Source: Candidatus Binatus sp. (GTDB lineage: Bacteria; Desulfobacterota; Binatia; Binatales; Binataceae). From it: 64,000 nt of DNA. The position numbers and the translations under genes are program-made. The notes beneath the pieces are model-generated. The model was not told the DNA's origin, searched no databases, and saw only the letters and a list, made by a program, of their open reading frames with translations. The stretch spans positions 12,455-76,454 of the forward strand of contig NZ_JBEKFG010000003.1 in the NCBI RefSeq assembly GCF_050013435.1. The letters run 5' to 3'. The first letter of the stretch is position 1; every line of letters begins with the position of its first letter. Below are positions 1 to 9,637 of this stretch, piece by piece.

Positions 1-1
1 A

Positions 2-367
2 AAAGTAGTCACCGTAAGACCGGCCGCTACGCTCGCGACCGCGGCATCCAAGATGAAGGCGGGACCGTTTCGACGGCTGCCGGTCGTCGAGGCAGACCAA
101 CTCGTCGGAATCGTAAGCGAATTTGATTTGAGACGCTATGCGGACGCGCTCGACTCGACGCTCGTCGAAACCGCGATGACGCGTCATCCGATCACCGTGA
201 TGTCCTCGGACACGCTGGAACGTGCGGCCACCCTGATGCGCCAGCACAAAATCGGCGCGCTTCCCGTTATGCACCTTGGCAAACTCGTCGGCATCGTTGT
301 GGCAAAAGACCTCATGATGCCCGAGCCGCGACCGCTGCCAGAGTGGGATCCGCGCAACCGCCGGTAG
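2..367 (+). CDS. CBS domain-containing protein (5' truncated by window edge)
   Basis: Frame is open from position 2 (KVVTVRPAATLATAASKM...). Two CBS repeats: RRLPVV..LVGIVS and IGALPVM..LVGIV. Confidence 0.85.
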   Translation, partial: KVVTVRPAATLATAASKMKAGPFRRLPVVEADQLVGIVSEFDLRRYADALDSTLVETAMTRHPITVMSSDTLERAATLMRQHKIGALPVMHLGKLVGIVVAKDLMMPEPRPLPEWDPRNRR

Positions 368-550
368 CGCCAGCCCCGATATCGATTGCCGCGATCGGCG
401 TGCCACTTTTGTGCCGCCGCCGTCATCCAATTGCCGCCGCCCGCACGTTTAGCTCGCCTGCAACAAGCCCGTTCATTCACGCCGCACGGCATAAATCTTG
501 AACTGCAAGAACCAGGCGCTGCCGGGCAGTGATGTGAGAAGGAGCAATCT

Positions 551-2017
551 GTGGGCGAAGGCAAGCTTGGGAAACGGAACCTCACCGACAGATTACTTTG
601 GGCTGGCCTTGCCGCGGCTATCGTTGCGGCGGTGGCAATCGGCTGGAATGCCGATAAGGACGCGCATGAGTCCTACGCCTGGAACAACTGGGTAAGTCAC
701 ACGCAAAGTGTGCTCGACGCCCTGGACGACGCGCAAGAGAATTCACTCGCAGCGCTTTCCTCAATTCAAAACTACTACCAGAGCGGCGATCTGAAGAATT
801 TGGCCAGCGTCAGCAATTCTATCTCAAAGCTAAAGCGCCGGTCCGTAGTACTCCGCTCCCTGACCGGGGATAACGCGTCCCAGCAGAATCGACTTGATCG
901 AATCGATCAGATTGAGCGCCGCATGACAGCGCTCTCTGAGAATATTATTCGTTCGGCTCCGGCCTTTAGCCAGCCACAGTCCCTCAGGGCGCCGGAGGCT
1001 GCGGGGCTGAGTACCGCCGTTTATCAACTGTTTGTGCAATTGTACCAAATGTCCGCGGTGGAACGGCGGCTGCTGACAGAACGCACCGCAAGGGCCCGCG
1101 CGACGTCGCGCCAGAGCACGACTGCGTTGGAGATCGGCGGCAGTATCGTCTTCCTATGGCTGCTGATAGTCGGCGGCTACGCCTTCCTGACCACGAGGCG
1201 GCTGACTGATATTGCAAAAGCTCTCGCGGTCAGCGAGGTAGCTCGCGTCACCGAGCGCAAGCGCGTGGCGGACGATTTGCGGGCACTGAGCGAATCCGAG
1301 CGGAGATATGCCACCCAGCTCGAGGTCGTCAACAAGGAACTGGAGGCGTTCTCGTATTCGGTGTCGCACGATCTTCGCGCGCCGCTGCGCAGTATAGACG
1401 GCTTCAGCTCGGCGCTGATGGAGGATTACGCCGACAAACTCGACGAGCAGGCCAACCGTCACCTACGCCGGATCCGGGCGGCCGCTCAGCGCATGGCTCA
1501 ACTGATCGACGACCTGCTCAAGCTGGCGTTCGTAACGCGCAGCGAGATGCGCACCGAAGCGGTGGACCTGAGCGCGTTGGCCAACGTCATCCTGGCCGAG
1601 TGCCAGACGGCCGAGCCGCTGCGGCAGGTCGAGTGTGTGGTTCAGGACCGGATCATGGGCCGGGGAGATCCGCATCTGCTGCGTTTAGTGCTTGAAAATC
1701 TGCTCGGCAACGCATGGAAGTTCACCGGCAAGACGCAGCAGGCAAAGATTGAATTCAAAGTGGCGGATCAGGACGGACAGGCGGTTTATTTCGTCCGCGA
1801 CAATGGAGCCGGCTTCGACATGACCTATGCCGAAAAACTATTCGGCGCATTCCAGCGGCTTCATGCGGCAGCCGATTTCCCCGGGGTCGGCGTCGGACTG
1901 GCGACGGTTCAGCGGATCGTTCGACGCCACGGCGGCCAGGTTTCGGCACAGGCAGCGGAAGGCCAGGGAGCTACGTTTTCGTTTACTCTCGGAGTCAACC
2001 ATGGGGGGCAACAATGA
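551..2017 (+). CDS. Membrane sensor histidine kinase with CHASE3-like periplasmic domain
   Basis: Two TM segments; CHASE3-like WVSHT..VL and LTGDNASQQNRL; H-box FSYSVSHDLRAPLR; N box NLLGNAWKF; G boxes DNGAGF and GVGVGLA. Confidence 0.9.
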   Translation: MGEGKLGKRNLTDRLLWAGLAAAIVAAVAIGWNADKDAHESYAWNNWVSHTQSVLDALDDAQENSLAALSSIQNYYQSGDLKNLASVSNSISKLKRRSVVLRSLTGDNASQQNRLDRIDQIERRMTALSENIIRSAPAFSQPQSLRAPEAAGLSTAVYQLFVQLYQMSAVERRLLTERTARARATSRQSTTALEIGGSIVFLWLLIVGGYAFLTTRRLTDIAKALAVSEVARVTERKRVADDLRALSESERRYATQLEVVNKELEAFSYSVSHDLRAPLRSIDGFSSALMEDYADKLDEQANRHLRRIRAAAQRMAQLIDDLLKLAFVTRSEMRTEAVDLSALANVILAECQTAEPLRQVECVVQDRIMGRGDPHLLRLVLENLLGNAWKFTGKTQQAKIEFKVADQDGQAVYFVRDNGAGFDMTYAEKLFGAFQRLHAAADFPGVGVGLATVQRIVRRHGGQVSAQAAEGQGATFSFTLGVNHGGQQ

Positions 2018-2469
2018 GCGAACGGGTGATCCTGTTAGTGGAAGACAACGCTGACGACGAAGCGCTGACGCTGCGCGCGCTCAAGAAGAACAACATCACC
2101 AACACGATCGTGGTCGCGCGCAACGGGGTCGAGGCGCTCGATTACCTCTTCGGCACGGGACAGTACGCGGGGCGCGACACCAGCGTCCAGCCGGAACTGA
2201 TTCTGCTCGATCTGAAGTTGCCCAAAGTGGACGGCTTCGAGGTGCTAAGGAAGCTGCGCGCGGATGAGCGGACGAAGCTGCTCGCCGTGGTTATTCTGAC
2301 CTCCTCCACTGAGCAGCAGGACATCGTCAACGGCTACGGCCTGGGCGCTAACAGCTACGTTCGCAAGCCGGTTGACTTTCAGCACTTCATGGACGCCGTC
2401 CGGCAGCTCGGCCTGTATTGGCTGGTCCTGAACGAAAGGCCGTTTGCCGGTCTCAGGAACGGCCGATGA
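2014..2469 (+). CDS. Single-domain response regulator (Rcp1-like)
   Basis: ILLVEDN, LLDLKLPKVDG, GANSYVRKPVDF; 4-bp overlap with the kinase. Confidence 0.9.
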   Translation: MSERVILLVEDNADDEALTLRALKKNNITNTIVVARNGVEALDYLFGTGQYAGRDTSVQPELILLDLKLPKVDGFEVLRKLRADERTKLLAVVILTSSTEQQDIVNGYGLGANSYVRKPVDFQHFMDAVRQLGLYWLVLNERPFAGLRNGR

Positions 2470-4865
2470 AGCAGTCGCGCCGCATCCTGATCGTCGAGGA
2501 CTCGGCGGACGATGCTGAGCTCGAGGTGCGGGCGCTCCGGCGCGATGGCTGCGACGTGACCTACCAGCGAGTTGATACGCCGGAAGCAATGCTGGCGGCG
2601 CTCGAAGGCGGCGGCTGGGATCTGGTCATCGCCGACTACTCGATGCCGCATTTCAACGGGCTCGCCGCATTGAAGATGCTGCGCGACAGAGGACTCGACC
2701 TGCCGTTTGTCCTGGTCTCGGGGACGGTGGGCGAGGAGCTGGCCGTCGAGGCCATGAAGTGCGGCGCGGATGACTACGTTTTGAAGAGCAACCTGGCGCG
2801 GCTGCCGCTCGCCGTCGAGCGCGAGCTGCGCGACTATGAAGAGCGAATCGGGCACCAGCGTGCCGAGGTCCGCTACCGCAGTCTCGTCGATCGCGTGCCG
2901 GTCGGATTGTACAGAATTTCTACCGAAGGAAATATTCTCGAGGCCAATCCGGCGATGGTCGAGATGCTGGGATTCAAAGACGCCGACAGTCTCAAATGCG
3001 CCAACATCGCGCAGCTGTGGCTGGACGCGGGGGAGCGCGCCCGGCTCGCGGCTATCATCGCAAAAGAGGGAGTGGTCCAGAACTTCGAAATGGGGATACG
3101 CCGGCCCGACGGCAGCGTCATCTGGTGCGAGCAGAGTGCGCGCGCTGTTTACGACGCAGCCGGCAAGGTCGAACACTACGAGGGGGTGATGCTGGATACC
3201 ACCAGCCGCAAGCGCGCCGGGGAAGAGGCCGATCGCGCCCGCGATGGAGTGCGTGACCTTGCGCTGGAAGCGGCCCGTCTGCGCTCGGAATTCCTGGCCA
3301 GCATGAGCCACGAGATTCGGACGCCATTGGCAGGAATCATCGGGGCCGGAGAGCTGCTGTCGCTTTCCGATTTGACTCCCGAGCAACGCCGCCAAACTGA
3401 GATCGTTCGGTCAAGCGGCGAGCTGTTGCTGACCACCGTCAACGACATACTCGACTTCTCGAAACTCGCAGCCGGCCGGGTCGTGCTGGAGAAACTTGAC
3501 TTCGACCTTGTCGAACTGACGGAAAGTCTAATCGATTCTTTTGCAGTGGCTGCTCGCGGCAAAGGGATCGAGCTTGCCCTGTATGTGGACGTGAACATGC
3601 CAAGCGGCTTGCGAGGCGATCCGAGCAGGCTGCGCCAGATTCTCAACAACCTGGTGTCGAATGCGATCAAGTTCACCGAGCACGGCGAAGTGATGGTCCG
3701 GGCAAACAGGGTGGAAGACACAGCCGACGATGTGCTGGTGCGCTTCGAGGTGTCCGACACGGGGATTGGAATTCCATTCGAGGCGCAGGGGCGCCTGTTT
3801 CAGCCATTTGTTCAGGCAGAAAGCTCGACGAGCCGGCGCTTCGGCGGCACCGGACTCGGCCTCGTCATCGCGGCCAGGCTGACCGATCAAATGGGCGGCG
3901 AGATAGGATTTGAAAGCGCGCCAGGAAAAGGATCGAACTTTCATTTCACCGCGCGACTCGAGAAGGGACTGGAGATTGTGCGTCCGTGGATGACTGCGAC
4001 AGCCACCTCATGCTTCAACGGGATACGCGCGTTGATCGTCAACGACAGTCCATCCAGTCGTCAAATCCTTTCCGAATACCTGACGTCGTGGGGAATTGAG
4101 AACGCGGCGGTCGGCAGCGGGGCCGAGGCCCTGGATATTTTGAAGCTGGCGCGGACCGCTGACGAGAAGCAAATCGTTGCGCTGATCGATGAACAGATAT
4201 CCGGCCTGAGCGCGCTCGGCCTCGCGCGTGCAATCAAGGAGCGCTCCGATATCAAAAATAGCAAGGTGATCATGCTTAGCGCGCAGCGCGCTGTGCGCAA
4301 TGCGACCGAAGTGGTGGATGCGTGGATTACAAAGCCGGTGCGTCCGTCGCACCTGTTCAGCTGCCTCCTCGAGTTATGCAGAAGTGCCGATGGCGTCAGC
4401 ACCAAGACCATCGCGGCCCCGCCGGCACCGAGCCCGATTGACAATGAACCGCCGCAATGGCGCAAGGCGGTACAGGTGCTGTTGGTGGACGACAATCTGG
4501 TGAATCGAACTATCGGGGCGCAGCAGCTTTCCGTCCTCGGCTACACGGCGGAAATCGTCGATGGGGCACGGCGAGGGTTGGAGTTCGTGTCGTGCCGGCG
4601 CCCCGATATTGTCTTGATGGACTGCGAAATGCCCGAGATGGACGGCTACCAGGCGGTCGCGGAGATCAGGCGGCGCGAAGGAAATACTCGGCACACCGTG
4701 GTAGTCGCGCTTACTGCTCACGCGACGGAAGGCGATCGGGCCCGATGCCTCGACGCCGGAATGGACGATTATCTGAGCAAACCCGTAAAGCTGCAGTCGC
4801 TTGCAAAAATGCTGGACATCTGGGCAAGCGGCAAGCTCGACCACATCCTCCCTTCGGCGCAGTAG
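2466..4865 (+). CDS. Hybrid histidine kinase (REC-PAS-HisKA-HATPase-REC-REC)
   Basis: N-terminal receiver; PAS; FLASMSHEIRTPL; NLVSNAIKFT; GGTGLGL; one degenerate and one canonical C-terminal receiver (LMDCEMPEMDG). ATG at 2466 overlaps the upstream stop. Confidence 0.9.
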   Translation: MKQSRRILIVEDSADDAELEVRALRRDGCDVTYQRVDTPEAMLAALEGGGWDLVIADYSMPHFNGLAALKMLRDRGLDLPFVLVSGTVGEELAVEAMKCGADDYVLKSNLARLPLAVERELRDYEERIGHQRAEVRYRSLVDRVPVGLYRISTEGNILEANPAMVEMLGFKDADSLKCANIAQLWLDAGERARLAAIIAKEGVVQNFEMGIRRPDGSVIWCEQSARAVYDAAGKVEHYEGVMLDTTSRKRAGEEADRARDGVRDLALEAARLRSEFLASMSHEIRTPLAGIIGAGELLSLSDLTPEQRRQTEIVRSSGELLLTTVNDILDFSKLAAGRVVLEKLDFDLVELTESLIDSFAVAARGKGIELALYVDVNMPSGLRGDPSRLRQILNNLVSNAIKFTEHGEVMVRANRVEDTADDVLVRFEVSDTGIGIPFEAQGRLFQPFVQAESSTSRRFGGTGLGLVIAARLTDQMGGEIGFESAPGKGSNFHFTARLEKGLEIVRPWMTATATSCFNGIRALIVNDSPSSRQILSEYLTSWGIENAAVGSGAEALDILKLARTADEKQIVALIDEQISGLSALGLARAIKERSDIKNSKVIMLSAQRAVRNATEVVDAWITKPVRPSHLFSCLLELCRSADGVSTKTIAAPPAPSPIDNEPPQWRKAVQVLLVDDNLVNRTIGAQQLSVLGYTAEIVDGARRGLEFVSCRRPDIVLMDCEMPEMDGYQAVAEIRRREGNTRHTVVVALTAHATEGDRARCLDAGMDDYLSKPVKLQSLAKMLDIWASGKLDHILPSAQ

Positions 4866-4941
4866 ATGACCTCAGAATGCCTGCGAGGTGCTCGATAGGC
4901 GCGATGGACGGAGCGGGTGACGGCAGATAGAAGTAGCTATC

Positions 4942-5820
4942 ATGCCGCTTGAATCATCGATTGTGGGCAGCACGGGTGCGCCAATGGTCAGCGAGATCGA
5001 TTCGCGCTGGACGATGGCCTATGCCGCCGCGCTTGGCGACGCGATGCCCTGCTACATGGACACCAATCGCGCCGTGATTGCGCATCCGATGTTTCCGGTC
5101 TGCTTCGAATGGCCGGTGCAGGTCGCGATGCGCGCGCAGTTCGAAAAATCCTCCACGCTCACGCGCGACGAGGCGATGCGCGCCGTGCACGCGACGCATG
5201 ACACTGTCCTATATCGCCCGATTCTGCCCCCCGAGCGGCTGACGACGCAGCTCACGGTCGCGGGAGTCCAGCGGCGCACGCCCGGCGCGTACATGGTCAC
5301 GCGCCTCGATACCATCGATGGCGCAAGCAAGCCGGTTTGCACGAGCTGGTATGGCGCGCTCTATCGCGGAGTTGAGGTCAAGGGGCCCGATATTCCGCCG
5401 ACGCATCCGCCAGCGCCGTTGCAACCGATCGTCGAGGAAGGCGAGCCGCGTTCGCAGTGCCGGGTCGATGTGCCGTCGGGCATGGCGCACATCTACACGG
5501 AGTGCGCGCGAATCTTCAATCCGATACACACTGACGCATCGGTAGCGCGCGCCGCCGGGCTGCCCTCGATCATCCTGCACGGCACCGCGACGCTCGCGAT
5601 GGCAGTGTCACGAATCATCGAGAGCGAAGCGGGCAACGATCCTGCGCGAATTGAAAGAATTGCGGGCCGTTTCGGCGCGATGGTGATGATGCCCTCGACG
5701 CTGACGGTGCGGGTGCTGGGGCGCGATGACAGCGCGGACAGGGCGGCGGTCTTCTTCGAGACGTTGAGCGGCGAAGGCGGGCTTGCGATCCGCGAGGGAC
5801 TTGTGGTGTTGCGCGCGTAG
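4942..5820 (+). CDS. MaoC/hot-dog (R)-hydratase family protein (double hot-dog)
   Basis: Hydratase-2 motif IFNPIHTD..VA..AGLPSIILHG. Confidence 0.8.
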   Translation: MPLESSIVGSTGAPMVSEIDSRWTMAYAAALGDAMPCYMDTNRAVIAHPMFPVCFEWPVQVAMRAQFEKSSTLTRDEAMRAVHATHDTVLYRPILPPERLTTQLTVAGVQRRTPGAYMVTRLDTIDGASKPVCTSWYGALYRGVEVKGPDIPPTHPPAPLQPIVEEGEPRSQCRVDVPSGMAHIYTECARIFNPIHTDASVARAAGLPSIILHGTATLAMAVSRIIESEAGNDPARIERIAGRFGAMVMMPSTLTVRVLGRDDSADRAAVFFETLSGEGGLAIREGLVVLRA

Positions 5821-5836
5821 TTCACGACGAGTTCTG

Positions 5837-7078
5837 CTAATCGAACTGTTCGTCGGAGGGTTTGACGGCGCGGAACTGAATCAGCAATGCGATGTCGTAA
5901 ATTGTCTTGAGCGCGCCCGCGCAAATCAGCGGCCATCCAAATGACGAATGATTCAGCATCGCGCCCGCCGGCAACGGCGCCATCGCCGCTGCCAGGCTGC
6001 GCGGCACATTGGTCACCGTCGCCGCGGCCGCGCGCTCCTCGGGCGGCACCACCGCCATCACATACGACTGGCGCGCGGGAACGTCCATCTGCGAGGTCGA
6101 AAAGCGCAGCAGCAGAAATGTCATCGCCAGCCCCGGGGTCGGCATCAACGCCGCGACGATCAGCATGACGTTCGACGGCAGATGGCTGAACACCATCGTG
6201 TTGATCCGGCCGAACCGCGCCGAAAGCGCCGACGAAATAAACTGTGAAAACGAGCCAAGCAGTCCGGCCGCGAAAAAAAACGTGCCCGCCACTTGAACCG
6301 AGAGGTTGAAGCGCCGAAACAACCACAGCGCCAGCAGCGACTGAATTACGAATCCGCCGCCGAGCGAGTCGAGACTGAACAGCGCCGAGAGCCGCAGCAC
6401 GATTGCCCGCGACTTCGCCAGCGGCGCGGACCTGGCGGGCTGGCGCTCGACTTCGACGGCCGGGGAGAGACGCCGATAAACCGCGAACGCAATCACCGCG
6501 ATGATCGAGTATGCGACGAAGCCCGACCGCAGCGCCGGCGCGAGCGCCCATCCATGGCGCGCCGCGAGGATCGCCGGCACGCCACTGGCCAGCGCGCCAA
6601 ACGCACCAGCCGTCGCGCCCGCAACATTGTACAGCGCGAACATCGCGGTCAGATCGCGAGGCTCTGCGGCCTCGGCCAACGCCGCCTGTTCGACGGGCAG
6701 AAACAGGCTGACGTCGCCAGCCGATGGATTCAGCGTGCCGACGACCGCCACCACGAACAGCAGCCAGAAGCTCTCCGTGGTGGCGAATCCTATCCCCGTT
6801 GCCAGCATCAGCGCGCACGCCGCAAGCAGGACTCGACGCCGGCCCAGCCGATCGGTGGCCAGCCCCACCCATAGCGTTAACGCCGCCGAGCCCAGCAGCG
6901 TGCCAAACACGATTGCGCCGACGCGGAGCGGATTGAAGCCGATCGCGGTCAGGTAACTTGGCAACAATATGCTGACTGCCCCGTCGGCAAGGCCGCGCAG
7001 CGCGCGTGTCGCCAGCAGCAGCTTGGCGTCAGTCGTAGCGCTGCGCGGGAACCATCGACTGATCGGACTCACCCTCAT
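5837..7078 (-). CDS. MFS transporter
   Basis: About 12 hydrophobic segments; motif A GLATDRLGRRR. Start chosen at ATG 7078 (MRVSP) because the longer ORF overlaps the divergent RRE gene. Confidence 0.85.
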   Translation of the reverse strand: MRVSPISRWFPRSATTDAKLLLATRALRGLADGAVSILLPSYLTAIGFNPLRVGAIVFGTLLGSAALTLWVGLATDRLGRRRVLLAACALMLATGIGFATTESFWLLFVVAVVGTLNPSAGDVSLFLPVEQAALAEAAEPRDLTAMFALYNVAGATAGAFGALASGVPAILAARHGWALAPALRSGFVAYSIIAVIAFAVYRRLSPAVEVERQPARSAPLAKSRAIVLRLSALFSLDSLGGGFVIQSLLALWLFRRFNLSVQVAGTFFFAAGLLGSFSQFISSALSARFGRINTMVFSHLPSNVMLIVAALMPTPGLAMTFLLLRFSTSQMDVPARQSYVMAVVPPEERAAAATVTNVPRSLAAAMAPLPAGAMLNHSSFGWPLICAGALKTIYDIALLIQFRAVKPSDEQFD

Positions 7079-7277
7079 CTGGCCGAAACCTAACCCCCTA
7101 GCCCTTCCCAACGTGGGAAGCGGAACAATCGCATTGAGATGGTCTATAAGGCGCGCGCCGCCAAGGGAAGCCAATAGCATAACGCTCTGTTCGCCGATCC
7201 GCTGCTTGTGGCATACTCGTGGCCTCTGCGCGTGTTTTGGGGAGCAATCGTCCACGGCCATCCGAAGGGAAAACTTG

Positions 7278-7562
7278 ATGCGCGTCGAAATCAGCGATGG
7301 CGTCATATGGCGGGATCTCGGCGGCGACGTAGTCATCCTGAACGTCGAAACCGGCATCTACTTCGGCCTCGACGGCTCGGGTGGCCAGATATGGCGCGAA
7401 CTCGTCGAACACGGTTCCATTGAGAAAACCTTCGCGTCGCTAAAGCAGCAGTTCGATGCCGAGCCCGACGAATTACGCCGCGACCTCGACGCTCTCGTGG
7501 ATCAACTTGTCGAAAAGAGACTCGTGCATCTGATCGCCGAACGCAAAGGTCGTTTGCGATGA
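7278..7562 (+). CDS. PqqD-family RiPP recognition element (lasso B1 protein)
   Basis: 94 aa MRVEISDGVIWRDLGGDVVILNVETGIYFGLDGSGGQIW...LRRDLDALVDQLVEKRLV: the 3-strand/3-helix PqqD pattern, directly upstream of the cyclase. Confidence 0.9.
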   Translation: MRVEISDGVIWRDLGGDVVILNVETGIYFGLDGSGGQIWRELVEHGSIEKTFASLKQQFDAEPDELRRDLDALVDQLVEKRLVHLIAERKGRLR

Positions 7563-7608
7563 CGCCGAGGCTGGAGGCATCGGGCCGTCACCTCGGCGCT
7601 TCGATCTA

Positions 7609-9561
7609 ATGAGCGGCATCGCGGTCCTCTATCAATGGGACGGTGCTCCAGCAGACCGCTCGACCGTCGAGCGGATGATTGAGGTCATCCCGTACCGCTC
7701 GGTTGACGGCTTCGGCGTATGGGGCAACGGCCCGGTCGCAATTGGGCATGCAAAGCTCCAGACGACGCCCGAAGCTTCGGCCGAGACCAGCCCGTTCGTG
7801 GACGAAGCCAGCGGGCTCGTTCTATCGATGGACGGGCGGGTGGATAACCACGACGAACTCGCGGCGGAGTTGAACTCGCATGGTCATCGTGTTCGCACGG
7901 GCACTGACGCAGAGATCATGCTTCGCGCCTGGCAGCGCTGGGGTGCCGAGGCGCCTGCGAGAGTCATAGGCGATTTCGCGTTCGCCTTATGGGACCCATC
8001 GAAGCGGACGCTCTTCTGTGCCCGGGATCCTCTAGGAGTGAAGAGCTTCTACTACTTCAATGGCCCGGGGTTCTTTCTGTGCGCCTCGGAGCTTCATCAA
8101 CTGTTCCAGGATCCAAGGGTCGTACAAAGACCGAACGAGCCTGCTGTAGCCGAGATGCTGGTGAGGCTCCCGGTTGATCGCGAGGAGACACTCTTCGAAG
8201 GTATCCGCCGCCTCGAGCCCGCGCATTATCTGAGCGTGAGCGCGCGTGGCGTGGAACGCCGGCGCTATTACGATCTGGACGCCTCACGGGAGATCACCTA
8301 TCGGAGCGACGACGAATACTCCGATCATTTTCTCTCACTGTTCAAGGAGGTGATGCGATGCCACCTTCGCAGCAACAAGGGAGTCGCCTCGGACCTGAGT
8401 GGCGGGCTTGATTCCGGATCGATTGTCTGTGTGACCGAACAACTACGCCGCGACGGCGAAGTGCAACTCCCGAATTTTGAGACCTTCACGGTTCGCTTCG
8501 ACACCGGACCCGCGGCCGAGGCTGAGTACGTCGAAGAGGTCTTGCATAAGTATCCTCATCGCCATACCTACGTTCCTCCAGGCATGGCCCCGCTCGGCCA
8601 ACTCATTGCCCAGGTTGCGCACTACCTGGACCTTCCGGATTTTCCCAACTCTGTATGCGCCGATTACACGCCGCTGCTTGGCAATCGTAACGACCTGAGA
8701 GTTCGGCTGACCGGTCTGGGCGGCGACGAGTGGTTTGGCTCGACCTACGCTGCATACGCCGACCTGTTGAAGCAGTTTCGCATCGTCGCGCTGTTGCGCA
8801 CGCTGCGGATTGATCGAAACCAACCGGCCGGATTCGCGCCTTTTCCGGGCTATGCCAATGCTCTGGTGCGGTATGGAGTCTTGCCACTCGTGCCCTACCG
8901 CCTCAAAGCGGCGCTCAGGCCATGGCTGCGTCGCCCGCCCGAGCCTCCCGCGCTGGTCGTACCCGCGTTCGCGGCCAGGATGAAACTCATGGACCGGCTG
9001 TCTGCGAGGCAGCCGTGGCCCCGATGCCGCAGCTTCGCGCAGCAGCTCCTCTACCAGGGCTACTCGTCCGGATGGCTCTCGTACGCGCTCGAGATGGACG
9101 CGCGCTGGACCGCGGGCTTTCGACTGGAGGGACGCAGTCCCTTGCTGGACCGCCGGATACTCGAGTTTGCCTTCGCCATACCTGATAACCAGCGCTTCAG
9201 GCCCGGCGTTAGCAAGTTCGTGTTGCGCAATTCGATGCGCGGAATCCTGCCGGAGCGAATCCGGCGGCGGTCTTCCAAGGCTGACCTGACGGAGTTACAC
9301 CCGATGGCGCTAATCGCGCTTGGTGGAGAGCGGCTGTTCGATCGCCTCAACGTCGTCAAAAACGGATGGGTCGACGGAGTTGCTGTGCGCAGGCTCTACC
9401 GCTCGATGGCTGAGGCGTTTTCGCGCCGCGATCCCTCCTACATGGAGAATGTCCTGGAACTATGGAATATCTTTGCGGTCGAACTCTGGCTCAACGTGGT
9501 GTTTCTCGGTATCAGCGAGCCTTTCAAGCACATAACCGAAACCAGCGCAGCGGCTTTGTGA
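7609..9561 (+). CDS. Asparagine synthetase-like lasso peptide cyclase (C protein)
   Basis: AsnB-like; PP-loop LSGGLDS, GLGGDE, RSPLLDRR. N-terminus is MSGIA, lacking the glutaminase Cys. Clustered with RRE and precursor. Confidence 0.85.
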   Translation: MSGIAVLYQWDGAPADRSTVERMIEVIPYRSVDGFGVWGNGPVAIGHAKLQTTPEASAETSPFVDEASGLVLSMDGRVDNHDELAAELNSHGHRVRTGTDAEIMLRAWQRWGAEAPARVIGDFAFALWDPSKRTLFCARDPLGVKSFYYFNGPGFFLCASELHQLFQDPRVVQRPNEPAVAEMLVRLPVDREETLFEGIRRLEPAHYLSVSARGVERRRYYDLDASREITYRSDDEYSDHFLSLFKEVMRCHLRSNKGVASDLSGGLDSGSIVCVTEQLRRDGEVQLPNFETFTVRFDTGPAAEAEYVEEVLHKYPHRHTYVPPGMAPLGQLIAQVAHYLDLPDFPNSVCADYTPLLGNRNDLRVRLTGLGGDEWFGSTYAAYADLLKQFRIVALLRTLRIDRNQPAGFAPFPGYANALVRYGVLPLVPYRLKAALRPWLRRPPEPPALVVPAFAARMKLMDRLSARQPWPRCRSFAQQLLYQGYSSGWLSYALEMDARWTAGFRLEGRSPLLDRRILEFAFAIPDNQRFRPGVSKFVLRNSMRGILPERIRRRSSKADLTELHPMALIALGGERLFDRLNVVKNGWVDGVAVRRLYRSMAEAFSRRDPSYMENVLELWNIFAVELWLNVVFLGISEPFKHITETSAAAL

Positions 9562-9637
9562 CGATCGTCGCTGCGCTATTCGCGCTGTAAACGCTGTCGC
9601 AACGTAAGGCAGAGCGAACTGAAATGGAACGAGTAAA

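Noticed and set aside
6969-7277. N-terminal extension of the RRE ORF as a possible fused B2 peptidase
   Set aside because: It overlaps the divergent MFS gene and promoter region and has no protease motif.
7609-9561. Housekeeping asparagine synthetase asnB
   Set aside because: Lacks the catalytic N-terminal Cys and sits with an RRE and a lasso precursor.
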